Part shown: piece by piece, positions 49,037 through 61,538 of the stretch
Position numbering within the stretch: position 1 is the first letter of the stretch
How the letters are laid out: every line of letters starts with the position of its first letter
Assembly: GCF_025526975.1 (NCBI RefSeq)
Contig: NW_026515670.1
Span: 620,001 to 684,000 of the forward strand
Direction: 5' to 3'
Source of the DNA: Fimicolochytrium jonesii
Lineage: Eukaryota
Length of the DNA stretch: 64,000 nt
Notes under the pieces: generated by a model
What the model was told of the DNA's origin: nothing
What the model saw: the letters and a program-made list of their open reading frames with translations, nothing else
Databases searched by the model: none
Translations under genes and position numbers: made by a program

Positions 49037-50938
49037 GACTGCAGCGATGAAGGACTTGAAATCCGTCGGCAAATGAATAGGACCGCACGAATCTGTCTCT
49101 GCTTTCTCTTCCTTGCGTTAAACGCTATGTGCCTGCTCCTTGAGAACGTACGGTTTCTCTTAGAGGCAGGGTCCAACGCTTCACGAAGTTCCGGAGTTCG
49201 TAGTTATTCACTGATATTCTGTGCAGCTGTTGACTTTGGAAATTGAGGCTGCACCACTGCACCACGCTCAGTCAGTGAGGCGGAGCTACCAGCAGCACAG
49301 CATGATTGATGTGAATAAGCCGGGGTCCTCATTTGGCGCGGCTGTCTAATCACTCGCCAATCTGAGGGTCGTAGAACTGAGCTTCGCTGGTCTAAACAAT
49401 CGCGCGCTTCCTGTATAGGGGGGGGGTCTGGGCCCTGGTTCTTAACAGGTAAGCACTTACCATTATGCTTATGACCCGCGCCTCAATTGGCCACCCAGCC
49501 GCGTCAAATATGAAATTATTTATTATCCGATGCCGATTAGAGAGCGGCACAGTGACCACCAAGCATTGGGTAGCAATTGGCAAGAAGCTCCACCCCGCTT
49601 TCTGTGCTGCAGCACTGGAACCCCCGTTCATATTGAGTCGGTTCCCAAGAGCATCCTCCAGCACTTCGTCGGTTCTTTCGAACTCGAAACTCTGAGTCGT
49701 GCGCATGTAAAGGCCGCTTTCGGAGAGAGTCCATTGATTTGAAGTCCATCGTTTGAAGTCCATCGCTGAGGAGTCTCACACGGTCCTGCTGAGTCTCAGA
49801 GTCCGGTGGTGTACGAGAACACCGACAATACTTGCAATATGTATGGGAAGAGCGTCGTCGAGCCGCTCATTTGCGCACCAGCAACGCTTCGACTTTGGGG
49901 CCCCAGCACATGCGTCTACACTCTACATGCAAGGTGGAACTCGTCCAGCACAAGCATTGATTTGCTTCTTCTACCACGAGAAGCTCAGAAACGAGACGTC
50001 TTGATAGCACAAGCCCCAGCCCATGCTTTCACAGTCCTGCCCACCCTACCGAAAGCACTTCTTTACAACGGGTGAGATGCGGAAGACCGAAGGAAGGCAA
50101 TCCCTGCGTCACGCGGAGTATGGCTGTTATAGAGGCGTCTATATCTCTATGCTCCGCACTTGTATATGTAACTCGATTCCCAAGATTCCCAAGATTCCCA
50201 GATTCCTTTTACCCTGTCCTTACCAATTTGCCCAGATTTTTGTCTTCGAGGCTGCGCGCCATGCATGACTCATGCCTCCCAAAAGGAACTGTGATGAGTA
50301 ATCGCGGTTTTCGCTCTCCGCTCTTGTTCTTCTCTCGCTGTTACCGCCCGACGGTGAGGGAAAGTCGACGAACGTCATCCGCCCCAAGGGTGCATATCGA
50401 TCGCCGGTGTGAGAGCGGCCGTTTGCCAAAAATAGCAGCGGGGTTGTCTTGTCTCGGGTTTCGGCGAACGCGTGGCGCATAGTCAACTGCCTGCCAGCAG
50501 TGACCTCTCCACCTTTTTGCTCTTGTCAAGCAAGATAGTGAAAGTGATATGGAGATATTGCGTCGTTTATTTCTTTCCACAAACAAGGAAGGGGCATCTG
50601 TTGGGCATTCGATGAGGCTTCATATATTGTCGGTGGGTAGATTGATGGCCGTCTCTTTCCCGCTTACTTTTCAAATCCCGAAAAGACGTTGTTTGCCTGT
50701 ATATCACACCTAGTAGATCTTACTATTCATTGCCAACCATCCGACTTCTGCTTTTTCTTGCATCTTTCTGTTCCATCTAGTTGTGAGCGACTGCTTTGAA
50801 TCACAGAAATTGCTAGAGAGGTCACCGCCGCCGTCGAAAGTAGTCGAATCAAAGCTCTGCAGTTCAGGAAACCCCACAGCGAAACTTACTAGCGGACTTG
50901 CCACCCACTCCCTCATCCCGATTCACAAAGCCGTCAAC

Positions 50939-53783
50939 ATGGAAAGCACCAAAGGTGGTTTCTTCGTCATTGATATCCTTCCCCTGAAGCAGCCCGCCGG
51001 CAAACCCCACCATCTCGAAGCGCGCCTGCGTGGTCGCAGCACGACACCTAGGGCTTCCGCCTTCGCCCGTCACACCGCCTTCATCGAAGACCGTGTCCGC
51101 CGTCTCCGTCGCCGCACCACCCACGTCAAAGCGGTGTGCGCGGCCACCCGCATGCGCGAGAACGGCGACACATCCGCCAAGCGATCCCGTATAGATCAGG
51201 ACATGCAGAACGCCGAGCAGAACCGCCAGGCCATCCTGGAGAAACAGGTCAAATCCTGCGCCGATACCGTCGCGCATGCCAAAGAGGTCGCCAGGGCGCA
51301 GGCGGAGCGAACGGCTCTGGAGACGGCTGCCCGGAAGGCGGCGCTTGAACAGCGCTTGATCTTGACATCCCTTCGTCGCCAACGGTTGCTCACGACACCG
51401 CGATCACGCCTTCTTCAGGAGTCGCAGGCGGCATGGGAGCAGGGACAGGTGCAGATGTTCACTGCGGATGCCGTGGTTTGCATTCAGAGTTGGTGGAGGA
51501 AGTTGAAGCTGGAGCCGTCGATCAAGTCATTCGGTCGATTTAAGATCACTCTCGACAGGGCGATGAAGATGCCATTCGAGGAGCTTGTTGGTAGGATACA
51601 GTCACCATCGGTGATCAAGGCCGTTGCGGCTTTGTTGAAGCGGGTTCAGATGATGGTACCAAAGACAAGTATGGTGCTCAAGAACCCTGCTCGTGTGTTT
51701 CTCTCCGCTTACATGTTGGCTGCGCACCCGGAGGAGTTGATGCCTTCCATGGGAGAGTCTGAGAAGGTACGATGCCTCTCGCCGATATCGAGTCAATTCG
51801 AGTCTGCTTACTAACACTCAAAATGCTCCATTAGGCCCTCAGCGAACAGGCCTCTGCGATGCTTCGCGACTTCGAATCCTGGATGTCCGCATTCAGCGTC
51901 GAGGGCAACCCCACTCAGGCCTTTTGGGAGACCTACGTCGACTACTACGCCGCCTTCCAAACGTGGAAGCGCGCCGACACCGAACGCATTGTGGAGAGCA
52001 TGATCGCGCACTTTATGGAGCTGGAGAAACTGTGGTTGTCCGTCAAGGATCGCCCGCTGGCTGACGTCGAGTGGGCTCCTCGCATCGCGGAGCAACAGCA
52101 GCAGATCCACGCCAAGTTGGCCAAGTTCGGTGATGACGCCTTGCAGAGGTTGGCCGCTGAGCGTGAGCAGCTCCGCAGCGCCACCGCCGAGTCTTTGGAC
52201 GCCCCGGCGGTGGATGTCCTCTCCACCTCCCCGCAAAGCTTCCCATCGGCGGCTTCCTCGCCCGAGCGTCGATCTGACTCTGTGAGCCCCGCGCGCCGCT
52301 CATCCGCTTCCACCTCTAGCTCCAGCACACCTGAGGTTACCGCCAAGAGCGCTCCCGCGGCAGCGGCATCTGTTGACACGGCCGCTGCGGTCAAGGAGAC
52401 CATGTCCACCATGGAGACCGCTGACCCGCAATTGTCTGCCATGGGCATCGGAAGCAACCTCAGCAACGCTCAGCTTGCGCATGAGTTGGTCATGGACCCC
52501 GACTTCCAACTGAAGCCATCCCAGCGCGAGCCGCTGGAAGAGCAGATCCGGGCTATGGCGAAGAAAGCGTTCTTTGACTCGGTTCGCGAGGAGTTCAACC
52601 AGGGCAAGTTTGACCGTCACGTGCCTGCGTTCATTGCTCAGATCCGTGAGGTATGTATAATCGCTGCTGTTGCCCATATCACTCCTTGCGCATTCTAACG
52701 AACGGTTTCTCTGTATAGTCCCTCCTCTCGATGGTCTCTGACAAGGGAAAGTTCGCCGACAACATCAAGGACGTTCTCGACGTGGAGCATGTCAAGCAGC
52801 AAATCGAGCGCAACACCTTCGACGTCATGAACTGCCTGCAGTACATCACTCAAAAGATGTCACAGCTCTGCGCGCCCGTCCGTGACGCAGCGATCCGCAA
52901 CGTCGCCCAATCAGCCCACCTCGCCGAAGCGTTCGAGCGTGTCCTCACCATCTTGGACGACATGAAGCTCGATCTGGCAAACTACCGCCTCCAGGCTTTG
53001 CGACCCGTTCTTCAGACCCAGGCGGTCGAGTACGAGCGCACCAAGTTCGACGAGGCTCTGGACGCCAAGATTGTCAGTTTGGACCGGACCCGCGCGTGGT
53101 TGTCGGCAGCCGTGAACTCGGTCGCGAGCACCGTTGCCGCGCGTAACCCGGAGAGCATCCAGTCAGTGGAAAACCGGGTCAAGTACGAGAACGTGTACAA
53201 CGAGGCGCTGCTGAACATCGTCTTTGCCAACACTGCGATCGCGCCGGACACGCTCGCCGAGACGATGATGCTTGATGCGGAGCGCTTATACGGCTTCCAG
53301 AACGAGGGGCAGGCGATCACCATCGTCGCCGCGTTGATCATGCTCTCCAAGAATGCGCTGCGTGAGCTGCGTGACCAGCGCGCAACGGTGCAGAAGCTGA
53401 AGGAGGTGCTTTTCATCCTCCTCAAGGACAAGGCAACCACTCTGGACAACCTCTCTCTCCAAGTCATCGCCACTCTCAACTCCTCTCGCCCCGACTCTGC
53501 GCCCTTGTCCGCCGAACAAGAGACTGTAATCAAGAACATGGTGGAGAAGACACTCTCCTACAAGGACCCGGTCTTCTCCCTCATCAGCCGCAGGGTGCAG
53601 GCCGCCATCCGGTACCAGCTCGAGAAGGGTACCTTCAAGCGGGAGAGCCTTGCATCCGCCGGATTGGACATTGTGCAAACAGAGCTCGAGGCGTTGTCGT
53701 TGAGGATCGCACTGTTGGCCAAGCACAACAAGGAGGTGTATGCCCGTCACTACGATACCATCTTGTCGGAGATGGTGCAATAG
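50939..53783 (+). CDS. T-complex protein 11 (TCP11/Sok1) family protein
   Basis: RVFLSAYM, NAQLAHELVMDPDFQL, LCAPVRD, MKLDLANYRL, ETMMLDAERL. Introns ~51767-51834 and ~52651-52718. Confidence 0.88.
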
Positions 53784-54669
53784 ACTAGATTTCCCCCCAT
53801 TTCTGATGTCTCGGCGTCCTGCGTCGCATAGTTTTCGCAGCAGTTAGCATACCTTAGTGGCTTCGCAGTATCTTCGTATCTTGTCTTATAGTCTTGAACA
53901 TTTTTGGAAACACGCATATTTTGTTAGTCTCACCTCTTTCGTCGACTCGTATTGCTTCGTTATTCCATGATGCCATGCTTGGTCAAGACCTTCTTGGCAC
54001 ATATGAAAAATGCACTCATTGTACAGCATAGAATCATGTTGCATACGTTGCACACACATAGTGACGGAAAACCACTAAATATTCCAAATACTGCATTATA
54101 GTCATGGGCAAGTTGATGTACGCCGCAAGTTGATTCCCCGATGCCAAAGCAGCGATTCCTCTCTACATCCTTTCTCTCTACGCCATCGCGCCGCCTGAAC
54201 GGGTTTCGAAACTGCAAATCGAGGTATCGATGGATTTGGCGGATGTTCCGAAGTTCCTCTTCCCTTGCGACGTGACTGTCGAAGCGCCTGCCAAAGACGT
54301 TACTTCTGCTGAGCGGGGACATACTAAGGCGGCCATGTTTCCACGAAGCGCAGGAACGACAACACCTGTCCCGGAGCACAGGCCAGTCAAACACCAGCCT
54401 ACCAAATGCTGCAGAAGATTGTGAAGATTGCCGGTGGGGAACTGTGTGTGGAGATCACCATAACGCGTGACAAGCGTGACATTTTGTTTTGGTGACCTCA
54501 GAACGCTGCTCCTGCTCTCTCCGTTTCCCACGCAACGTGAGAACCACTGCAATCACAGCCAAACAACCCATGTGTGAATACTGTTAGGTCTCATACATAG
54601 TCTTCCACGTCTGTACTGCATCTCGGATCTGGCGTAGCTTCTATACTATTGGCCGTTGAAATCACCACA

Positions 54670-57131
54670 ATGCTCGGTGTTCGAGACGTAAGTTCCACTG
54701 TTTATATTTTGCGAACCGTAATTCCCTTAAAAGCAGAAAACACTGACAACTGTTGAACTACGCAGGCGGCGCAGGAGTATGTCGTCCGGCCCGTATCGAC
54801 CTTCCTGGAGCCATATCTGCGGCTCGGATATGAGGGCGTCTCGTCCACAAAGACCCAGAAAGTCGCACTCAACGTTGGGATTTTTGGGTCCCTATTTGGC
54901 GCCCTCCTCACCATTGCTTTGACGATATATGGACTCTTCTACTGCATATACATCCCGCAAGTCACTCACGCAATACCAGTGTATCTGCAGTATGGGTGAG
55001 TTCACGGCGAGCGTAGCGAGGCGAAGGGTTGCTTGAGGCAGGCGAGCCACATTGCGCCAAAGGCGCAATACTCCCCTAACCACGGCTCTTAGCGAGCCCT
55101 CAGCGAGCGTCAGATCGTTTGCGAGGAAGCGAGCACCACATTGCGCCAAATACGCAATACTCTCGTCAGCCCCGTACCGCAATCTTCTACTCCCGGGGGC
55201 TTCAACCATCCAACCATGCTCAACCACGCATGATCTTTGTAGAGCACCCGAGACGTCAATGCACCCGCATGCCCTCGTGGACTTTTCGGCGAATACGTTT
55301 AGCAGACAGGTGCGGGTGGAATTGTTTATCAGACGATATTTAACGATTCCTTATCTGACTTGCCACCGATCTCGTCGTACGACAGTCCACGTATTTGACG
55401 CCCGAACAACATTACAACTTTGCCTTGGAACTTTCAGTGCCTGATTCTCACAGCAACTTCGATCTGGGTAGGTCGAATGAATGTTCCGAATGCGACTGCA
55501 TAGCGATTATGCTCACATCTTGATGTCCACTCTAGGCAATTTCATGGTGTACATAGACCTCCAATCGAAAGCAAACAAGACATTGGCATCCTCCAGCAGA
55601 ACGGTGAGTTGGCGAGAACAAGTGACTGACTGATACGCCGGAGGTTGAAGGGCTGACGTGTTGTTCCATCACAGGGAATCTTGCAATATCGAACACCTTT
55701 ATTGCGGACGATGCTCACCATTTGGAAAGGGCTGCCTCTGGTATTTGGGTGGACAAAGGAAGCACAAAGCATATTTGTACCGCTCGTGGAGAAATATGAA
55801 GAGATGAGGGTAACTTTTTATGGATCTTAGCGATGTAAAGGGCACGGACACCCTAGGCTAACCATCTATATACTCTGTAGGAGCATCCCACGCACCATGC
55901 TCTCGTCCGATTGTCCGACAGCAAACTCCAGCTGTATCAAGCCACTCTGCACATCGACGCAAGTTTCCAGGGACTCCGATACTTCATGTACCACTGGAAG
56001 CTGAGCACGGGATCCGTGTTCGTAGCAGCGATCATGTTCTGGGAGACGTTGGCATTCTTCATGGTCTGGCGAGTTCTCGTGGCTTGCTTCAAAACCAGGG
56101 GTCCTGGCGATGAGTCTGCGCCCACATCCAGCGCGAGTAGCATCGCAGGCGGCTCGCAAACCCCAGAAGACGCGGACAAAGCACAGCGAGGACAAGAGCA
56201 GTCGATACTGAACGAGACCTTGGACGCGCGCCTGATCGAGCAGATGGACAACGATGAAGGCTTCTCTCCACCTGCGAGTGTGTATCCCATCGCGAACATG
56301 GCTTTATCGCCGCGATCCATGTCATCGGCACCATCCTACCACTCTGGTCCGTTTGGATCGCCGCCGCAATACGCTATGCACGCCACGCCTCCACCATCAT
56401 TTGACGGGCGACAATCGCCATTCGTGAAAGGGTCCGCGTACTCCTATGCATTCAGCAGAGCGGGCGGAACAAATGGTCGGCTACCATACATCAGCTATAG
56501 CACCAAAATGACGGGTTTGAGCAGCAGCTCCATCGGCGGATCTGTCCCTGATGCATCCACTTCATCAGAACCCGCCCCTCAAATCTTAAGCACGGTTGCT
56601 GCTTCGCCTGAAGGTCTCACAGAGGAGATGATTTCTGCGCTGCCGAGCACTTCCGTGGACGGCAAAGAGCATCCAGGTTTACCCCACGAGGACACCCAAC
56701 TGACGCTAGAGTCACCGCCCTCGCCAGACATGCAATCCCTTGGGCGCGGGCGCGAAGGGGCCGTCGCCGTCGCACCAGTAGGCTCCCAGAGCGGCACAAT
56801 GCTGCGAAGGCGGTCAACATACCACATGTTGAGTGACGACGAGGAGCGAAACGTGTCCCTCCATATGGAAGGGATACTGGGCGACCCGCCGGAAACGGTA
56901 CCACCTAGTGGTATCGTCGTGGAACAGACCGTGGTTCAGGAGGTAGCGGTTGAGCTAACACCGTCGCCGCTCAATGTGCCTGAACCCGCTGCGGATGAGT
57001 CGAGCGACACCTCCATCACCGATTTCGAGGCGGAAACAGCGTCAGGAATAACGACCCCTGGGTCGAAGGCTGACTGGTGTGAAGTCATACCTGACCCTGA
57101 CGAGCAACACGAGTCTGATACCGAAGAGTGA
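54670..57131 (+). CDS. Seipin (BSCL2/Sei1) lipid-droplet biogenesis protein with long disordered C-terminal tail
   Basis: TM1 followed by FYCIYIPQVTHAIPVYLQYG; LELSVPDSHSNFDLGNFMV; LQLYQATLHIDASFQGLRYFMYHW followed by TM2. Six introns. Confidence 0.88.
55007..55162. repeat. Duplicated hairpin motif inside seipin intron 2
   Basis: GCGAGC(A)CCACATTGCGCCAAA(GG/TA)CGCAATACTC-like motif at 55042-55073 and 55129-55162, plus several GCGAGC motifs. Confidence 0.8.
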
Positions 57132-58041
57132 AATTGGAACGAATTGCAACGCAAGATGTCTTTGGAAACTTGATACGTGCGCGACACCATCCTCACGCTT
57201 CCTCCCACGAAGTTAGAAATCCCAATTGTACATAGACAGCCATACGTACGAAGTGTGTCCCAGTGCGTAGGCAGGTGTGCCAAGTCATGTTATTAGTGCC
57301 CTGTCTTTAAGTCAATACGTATGCCTCACTTTGGGACCCGAGAATTTATCGTCGAACGCAAGACTAGCATTGCGGACCGCGGTGCATGTGTCAAGGTCGT
57401 CGGTGTCCAGAGTGGTAGAAAGGGTGGTAGTGTCCTCGGCGTCGGGGCGATTCTTCGAGTTCGGTCATCAGGGCAATTGAGTCAGCAATTGAGTCGTTCA
57501 GTTCTCCAAGCGTCATTGAAGAGAGCCCGACATGCCTTACCATTTTGTGCAAGTCCGAATTGGTCTCTGCTTTTCGCACCAACACAGCAATTACACTTCG
57601 ATATTGTTGTTGAATCTGGGCTCAGACTGGGGGTGCCTGGGTTTCCTTGCAGCACCCGCCCAAACAGGCCGACAGGAGAAAGCTTGCGGGGCTCAGCAGC
57701 ACCGGGTAACAAAGGCCGTTGAACCAAACCCGTGGTGTCAGAGAGCGGAAGCTACGGGAACAATAAGACCGGAATTTATTACCAAGATGTCCAGCGATGT
57801 TACTGTGTTTGTCCCAAAAATCCTACGTACTTACTCGTCCTTTGATAAGTGGTGTCCGCTATTATGACCAGCTTGCCAAAAATAGACAACCCTATTGATG
57901 AAGGACACAAGATATCAAATACCTCTCCGCCAACCCTAATATTTACATGGCCCACATATAAAAGGAAATGTCATTCGTCGCTCCCCTTTCCCCACCACCA
58001 AACCATTCCCATATATCGATTTTTTCATTGTGGTCAAAGAT

Positions 58042-59688
58042 ATGTCTGAACACAGTATAGATCTATCGCCCGAGTCCTCCAGCCCCATCAATTACAGCGA
58101 CTCGGCGAACCTCCTCGGCCAATCGACCTACTCCCAGCCGATACCCAGCCCCGCCTACGAAACCGCCCCCAGAAATACGCAAGAGGAGACCAAGAAGAAT
58201 GAACCTTTTCCAAGCCCCGTTCCATCCGACCGCTTCGCCTTCGTGAACACCTACCGTGATTTCCGGGTCGGCATCGTGTTTGTCGCTCAGCTGTTTATCG
58301 CCACCGTTATCAATATTGTCGGCATTGCGAATCTGAAGTCGAGTATTCGTCGTATCGCGGATCAGATTCCGTCCGGCAATGGGTTATTTGGACGTGATGG
58401 CGGTGACGAGGGCGTCCACCCGGCGTTCTACGTCCTCCCTCTGTCCCTCATCGGTTCCATCCTCCTCGCTATCCTCGCGTTGCGCTGTCTTCGCCTGAGT
58501 GCCAGGAAAACTACCTACGTAGCGTTGTATGTGCCCATCGTCGGATTCAGTCTCCTTGCCATCGGGCTGCTGACTTCCTCGTTTGCCGCCGCGGCTATGA
58601 GCTTGGGTGTCGCCGCCATCTTTGGATACATGATCCGCCGATGGGAGAGGCGCGTTGCTTTCACCATCGTGATGGTCGAGACCGTCACTGAGGTTATGGA
58701 TGCCCGAACGTCGATGTATGCCGCGTCTTCCATAGCGCTGGTTGTTCACGCCCTCTATGCTCTCGCTGCCGGTGCCGGGTGGATCGGCTTCCTCGTATAC
58801 CAAGTCGACACGATCGAAGTCTCCCAGGATCCGACCAACCCCAACAGAATGTACCTCGATGCCGTCAATTTCAAGAGTGGCACTGGGTTCGGGTTGGTCT
58901 ACCTGATCTTTTCCGCGTACTGGACCCTCCAGTTCATTCCGATGGCGCTGCAGACCGTGCTCGCGGGCGCGTTCGCCAGCCACTACTTCTCCGGCAAAAC
59001 CGCCGTCTCCCCGCTCAAAGCGTCGTTTGTTCGTACCTTCACCACGTCGTTCGGCTCCGTCGCGTTTGGTTCGTTCGTCGTCCTCATCGCGCAGTTCATC
59101 AGCTCCATCTTCGCCAACGTCGGGCACGGTTCGCTCGTTGGCGCATGCTGCCAATGCGGTCTCGGCATGTTCCTCTCGCTATTGAAGTGCTTCAACAAAT
59201 ACGCATTCGCGCGCGTTGCCATCTACGGCCAGAGCTACGTCGACGCTGCCCGTGACACATGGGAACTGTTCAAGTCCTCCGGAATCAATATTGTCATCAA
59301 CGACAGTCTGATTTCGTGGACGATGGGTTGCCTCGCCGTTGGCGTTGCTCTCGCTTCCGCGATGGGGGCTTATGGGGTTTCCATGGCCGCCTTGCCTTCG
59401 TACCGAAGCTACCCGTCCTGCGACGACTTCCCTGAGCAGGATTATGAGAGCCAGCCCCTCTGTGGCTCCAACCCAATCATGGCGGAAGCAGTCGCCATTG
59501 CCTACTGTGCGTTTATTGCCGGGGTTGTCGTTATGCAAGTCGTTTACAGAGTGGTCGATGCCGGTGTGTCTGCGACGTTCGTTGCGATCGCCGAGGACTC
59601 GAAGATTATGAAGACATCCTACCCCAAACTGTACGAGACGTTTGAAGCTATTTACCCTACCGTAGTTGCCCAGTGGAGTAGCGTTTAG
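58042..59688 (+). CDS. Choline transporter-like (CTL/SLC44/Pns1 family) multi-pass membrane protein
   Basis: Intronless ORF with about 10 hydrophobic segments; YRD, SAYWT, TTSFGSVAFGS, FNKYAFARVAIYGQSYVDAARDTWELF, VINDSLI. Confidence 0.9.
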   Translation: MSEHSIDLSPESSSPINYSDSANLLGQSTYSQPIPSPAYETAPRNTQEETKKNEPFPSPVPSDRFAFVNTYRDFRVGIVFVAQLFIATVINIVGIANLKSSIRRIADQIPSGNGLFGRDGGDEGVHPAFYVLPLSLIGSILLAILALRCLRLSARKTTYVALYVPIVGFSLLAIGLLTSSFAAAAMSLGVAAIFGYMIRRWERRVAFTIVMVETVTEVMDARTSMYAASSIALVVHALYALAAGAGWIGFLVYQVDTIEVSQDPTNPNRMYLDAVNFKSGTGFGLVYLIFSAYWTLQFIPMALQTVLAGAFASHYFSGKTAVSPLKASFVRTFTTSFGSVAFGSFVVLIAQFISSIFANVGHGSLVGACCQCGLGMFLSLLKCFNKYAFARVAIYGQSYVDAARDTWELFKSSGINIVINDSLISWTMGCLAVGVALASAMGAYGVSMAALPSYRSYPSCDDFPEQDYESQPLCGSNPIMAEAVAIAYCAFIAGVVVMQVVYRVVDAGVSATFVAIAEDSKIMKTSYPKLYETFEAIYPTVVAQWSSV

Positions 59689-60060
59689 TCATTGTTGTTT
59701 AGAGTGAGCGTACAAATATACCAACTTGTTCCGGTTCGTAAAGCGGTTTTGTTTCAGTGCTGGATGGATGCGGGTTGCTGTTCTTGTCGTTGTCTCCGAA
59801 GTCCGACGTGGGAGATCCAGATCCATTGACTTCCGGTTTGTCCCTAACGTAACCCTAACCGCCCAGCCGTCAAGCCACATGTGATGTGTCACGACCGTCC
59901 CAACTGGTTGCTTGACATGTGCTTCAGCAGCAGCGTGCAAGCCAGCCTGCGAAAATCGGCTCAACTCTCGCCAACAGTCATCCCATATAAAAACGCAGTC
60001 TCAGACACATTGCCAAGTCCCTCCGCAGCATCACCGTCCCTCCGCAGCATCACCGCAAAA

Positions 60061-61340
60061 ATGTCAGTTAACGTCGCAGGTTTCAAGTCCGGTCCCGTCT
60101 TTGACCAGATTAAGGCCGGAGTCGAAACCCTCCCCGAAGCTCAGAAGAAGCAAATCCTCAAGCAGGCCAATGGCGTATTTGAGATTGTTATCAAGAATGC
60201 CGAGGGAAAGGAGCAGGCTTGGACTCTGGAACTCAAGAAGGAGGGCAAGGTGACTGTGGGAAAATCGGAGACTAAGCCCGACATCACCATCAACACCTCC
60301 GATGAGACATTCCTGGACTTGGCAAGTGGAAAGCTGAACGGCCAAAAGGCATTTATGAGCGGGAAGCTGAAAATCAAGGGAAACGTATGTTTACTTGTCG
60401 GGTGTGATGTGCAATGTCGGCTATCCTATCTCACCTTGGCCTACTTGACTCGTAGATGATGCTCGCAACGAAATTGGACGTGGTTCTGAAGGCCGCTAAG
60501 AGCGCTCCAGTTGCTTCCGCGGGAAGTGCGGCTGCAGCTGTCGCTGCTCCTGGAGCACCCTCGCCTGCGCCTACACCTGCCCCAGTACCAGCGGCAGCTC
60601 CGGCATCGTCAGGAAGTGTGGAAGTCCCTGGGTTCCAGTCCTCTGCCATCTTCTCTCAAATTAAGGTTTGTAGTTCCTTTCCTCTGCGAACATCAATCAT
60701 TGGTACTTATCAGCCCACCGTCTCTAGGCTGGCCTTGGCGCGGCATCGAAGGAGCAGAAGGAAGCTACCGCGAAGAAGGCGAAGGCCGTTTTCCAATTCG
60801 ACGTTAAGGTCCGTGCTTGCATTTGAACGCGTCTATATTGCGGAAGTTGCGACTGACGATGGGCGACGTCCAAACTACAGGGTGACGGAAAGGTCCAGAC
60901 TTGGACTTTGGATCTGAAGGACGATGTGAGCGTGACCACCGGTGCACCAGCGAAGAAGCCGGACATTGTCATCACAATCAGCGATAAGGTAAATATGTAT
61001 AGATCTCGATTGGTGGCGACAGAGAACTGAACCATAATTCACGATCAGGACTTTGTCGACCTCGCATCTGGAAAGCTCAACGGACAGAAGGCATTTATGG
61101 GCGGCAAACTCAAGATCAAAGGTAGATCAGTTCCCTGTCCATGGTGCACTCGTTGTTTTGGACATTCATGCAGCTTAACTAAATGACAACCGCGATTCTC
61201 GTTACGCAGGAAACATGATGCTTGCGACGAGTATGTGTCTTGAACTCCGGTGTGGTTTGACCGTATTGAGCTAACCGAAGGTCATATTTCCAGAGCTCGA
61301 CGCGATTCTCAAGGAGCTGAAGCCCCAAGCGAAGCTTTAG
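60061..61340 (+). CDS. Tandem SCP2 (sterol carrier protein-2) domain protein with PTS1
   Basis: Two copies of WTLxLK...KPDIxI...[32 protein letters not shown] separated by an Ala/Pro linker. The last exon ends ELKPQAKL*. Seven introns. Confidence 0.9.
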
Positions 61341-61538
61341 AGGGCTCCTCATCGCTAGGAGCAGATTTGGATAGAAATTTCCAACGTTCAAGTATAGGCG
61401 ATAGAATAGTGGACACAATCCTATCTAGGGAGTTACCTCTAAAACACTATACGCCGGAAGATTTGGCTGCACGGTTTTTCAGCAATGAAATCTGAGTACC
61501 ATACGCCTGAGACTCAAAGTAGACTGGTGCAAACTTTA

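Noticed and set aside
49728..50206. Short tandem duplications (TTTGAAGTCCAT-like; GATTCCCAA x3); similar ones at ~19063-19095 and ~24930-24962
   Set aside because: Two to three copies only; consistent with ordinary replication slippage.
59843..59860. Telomere-like CCCTAA motifs
   Set aside because: Only about two degenerate units; not an interstitial telomeric array.
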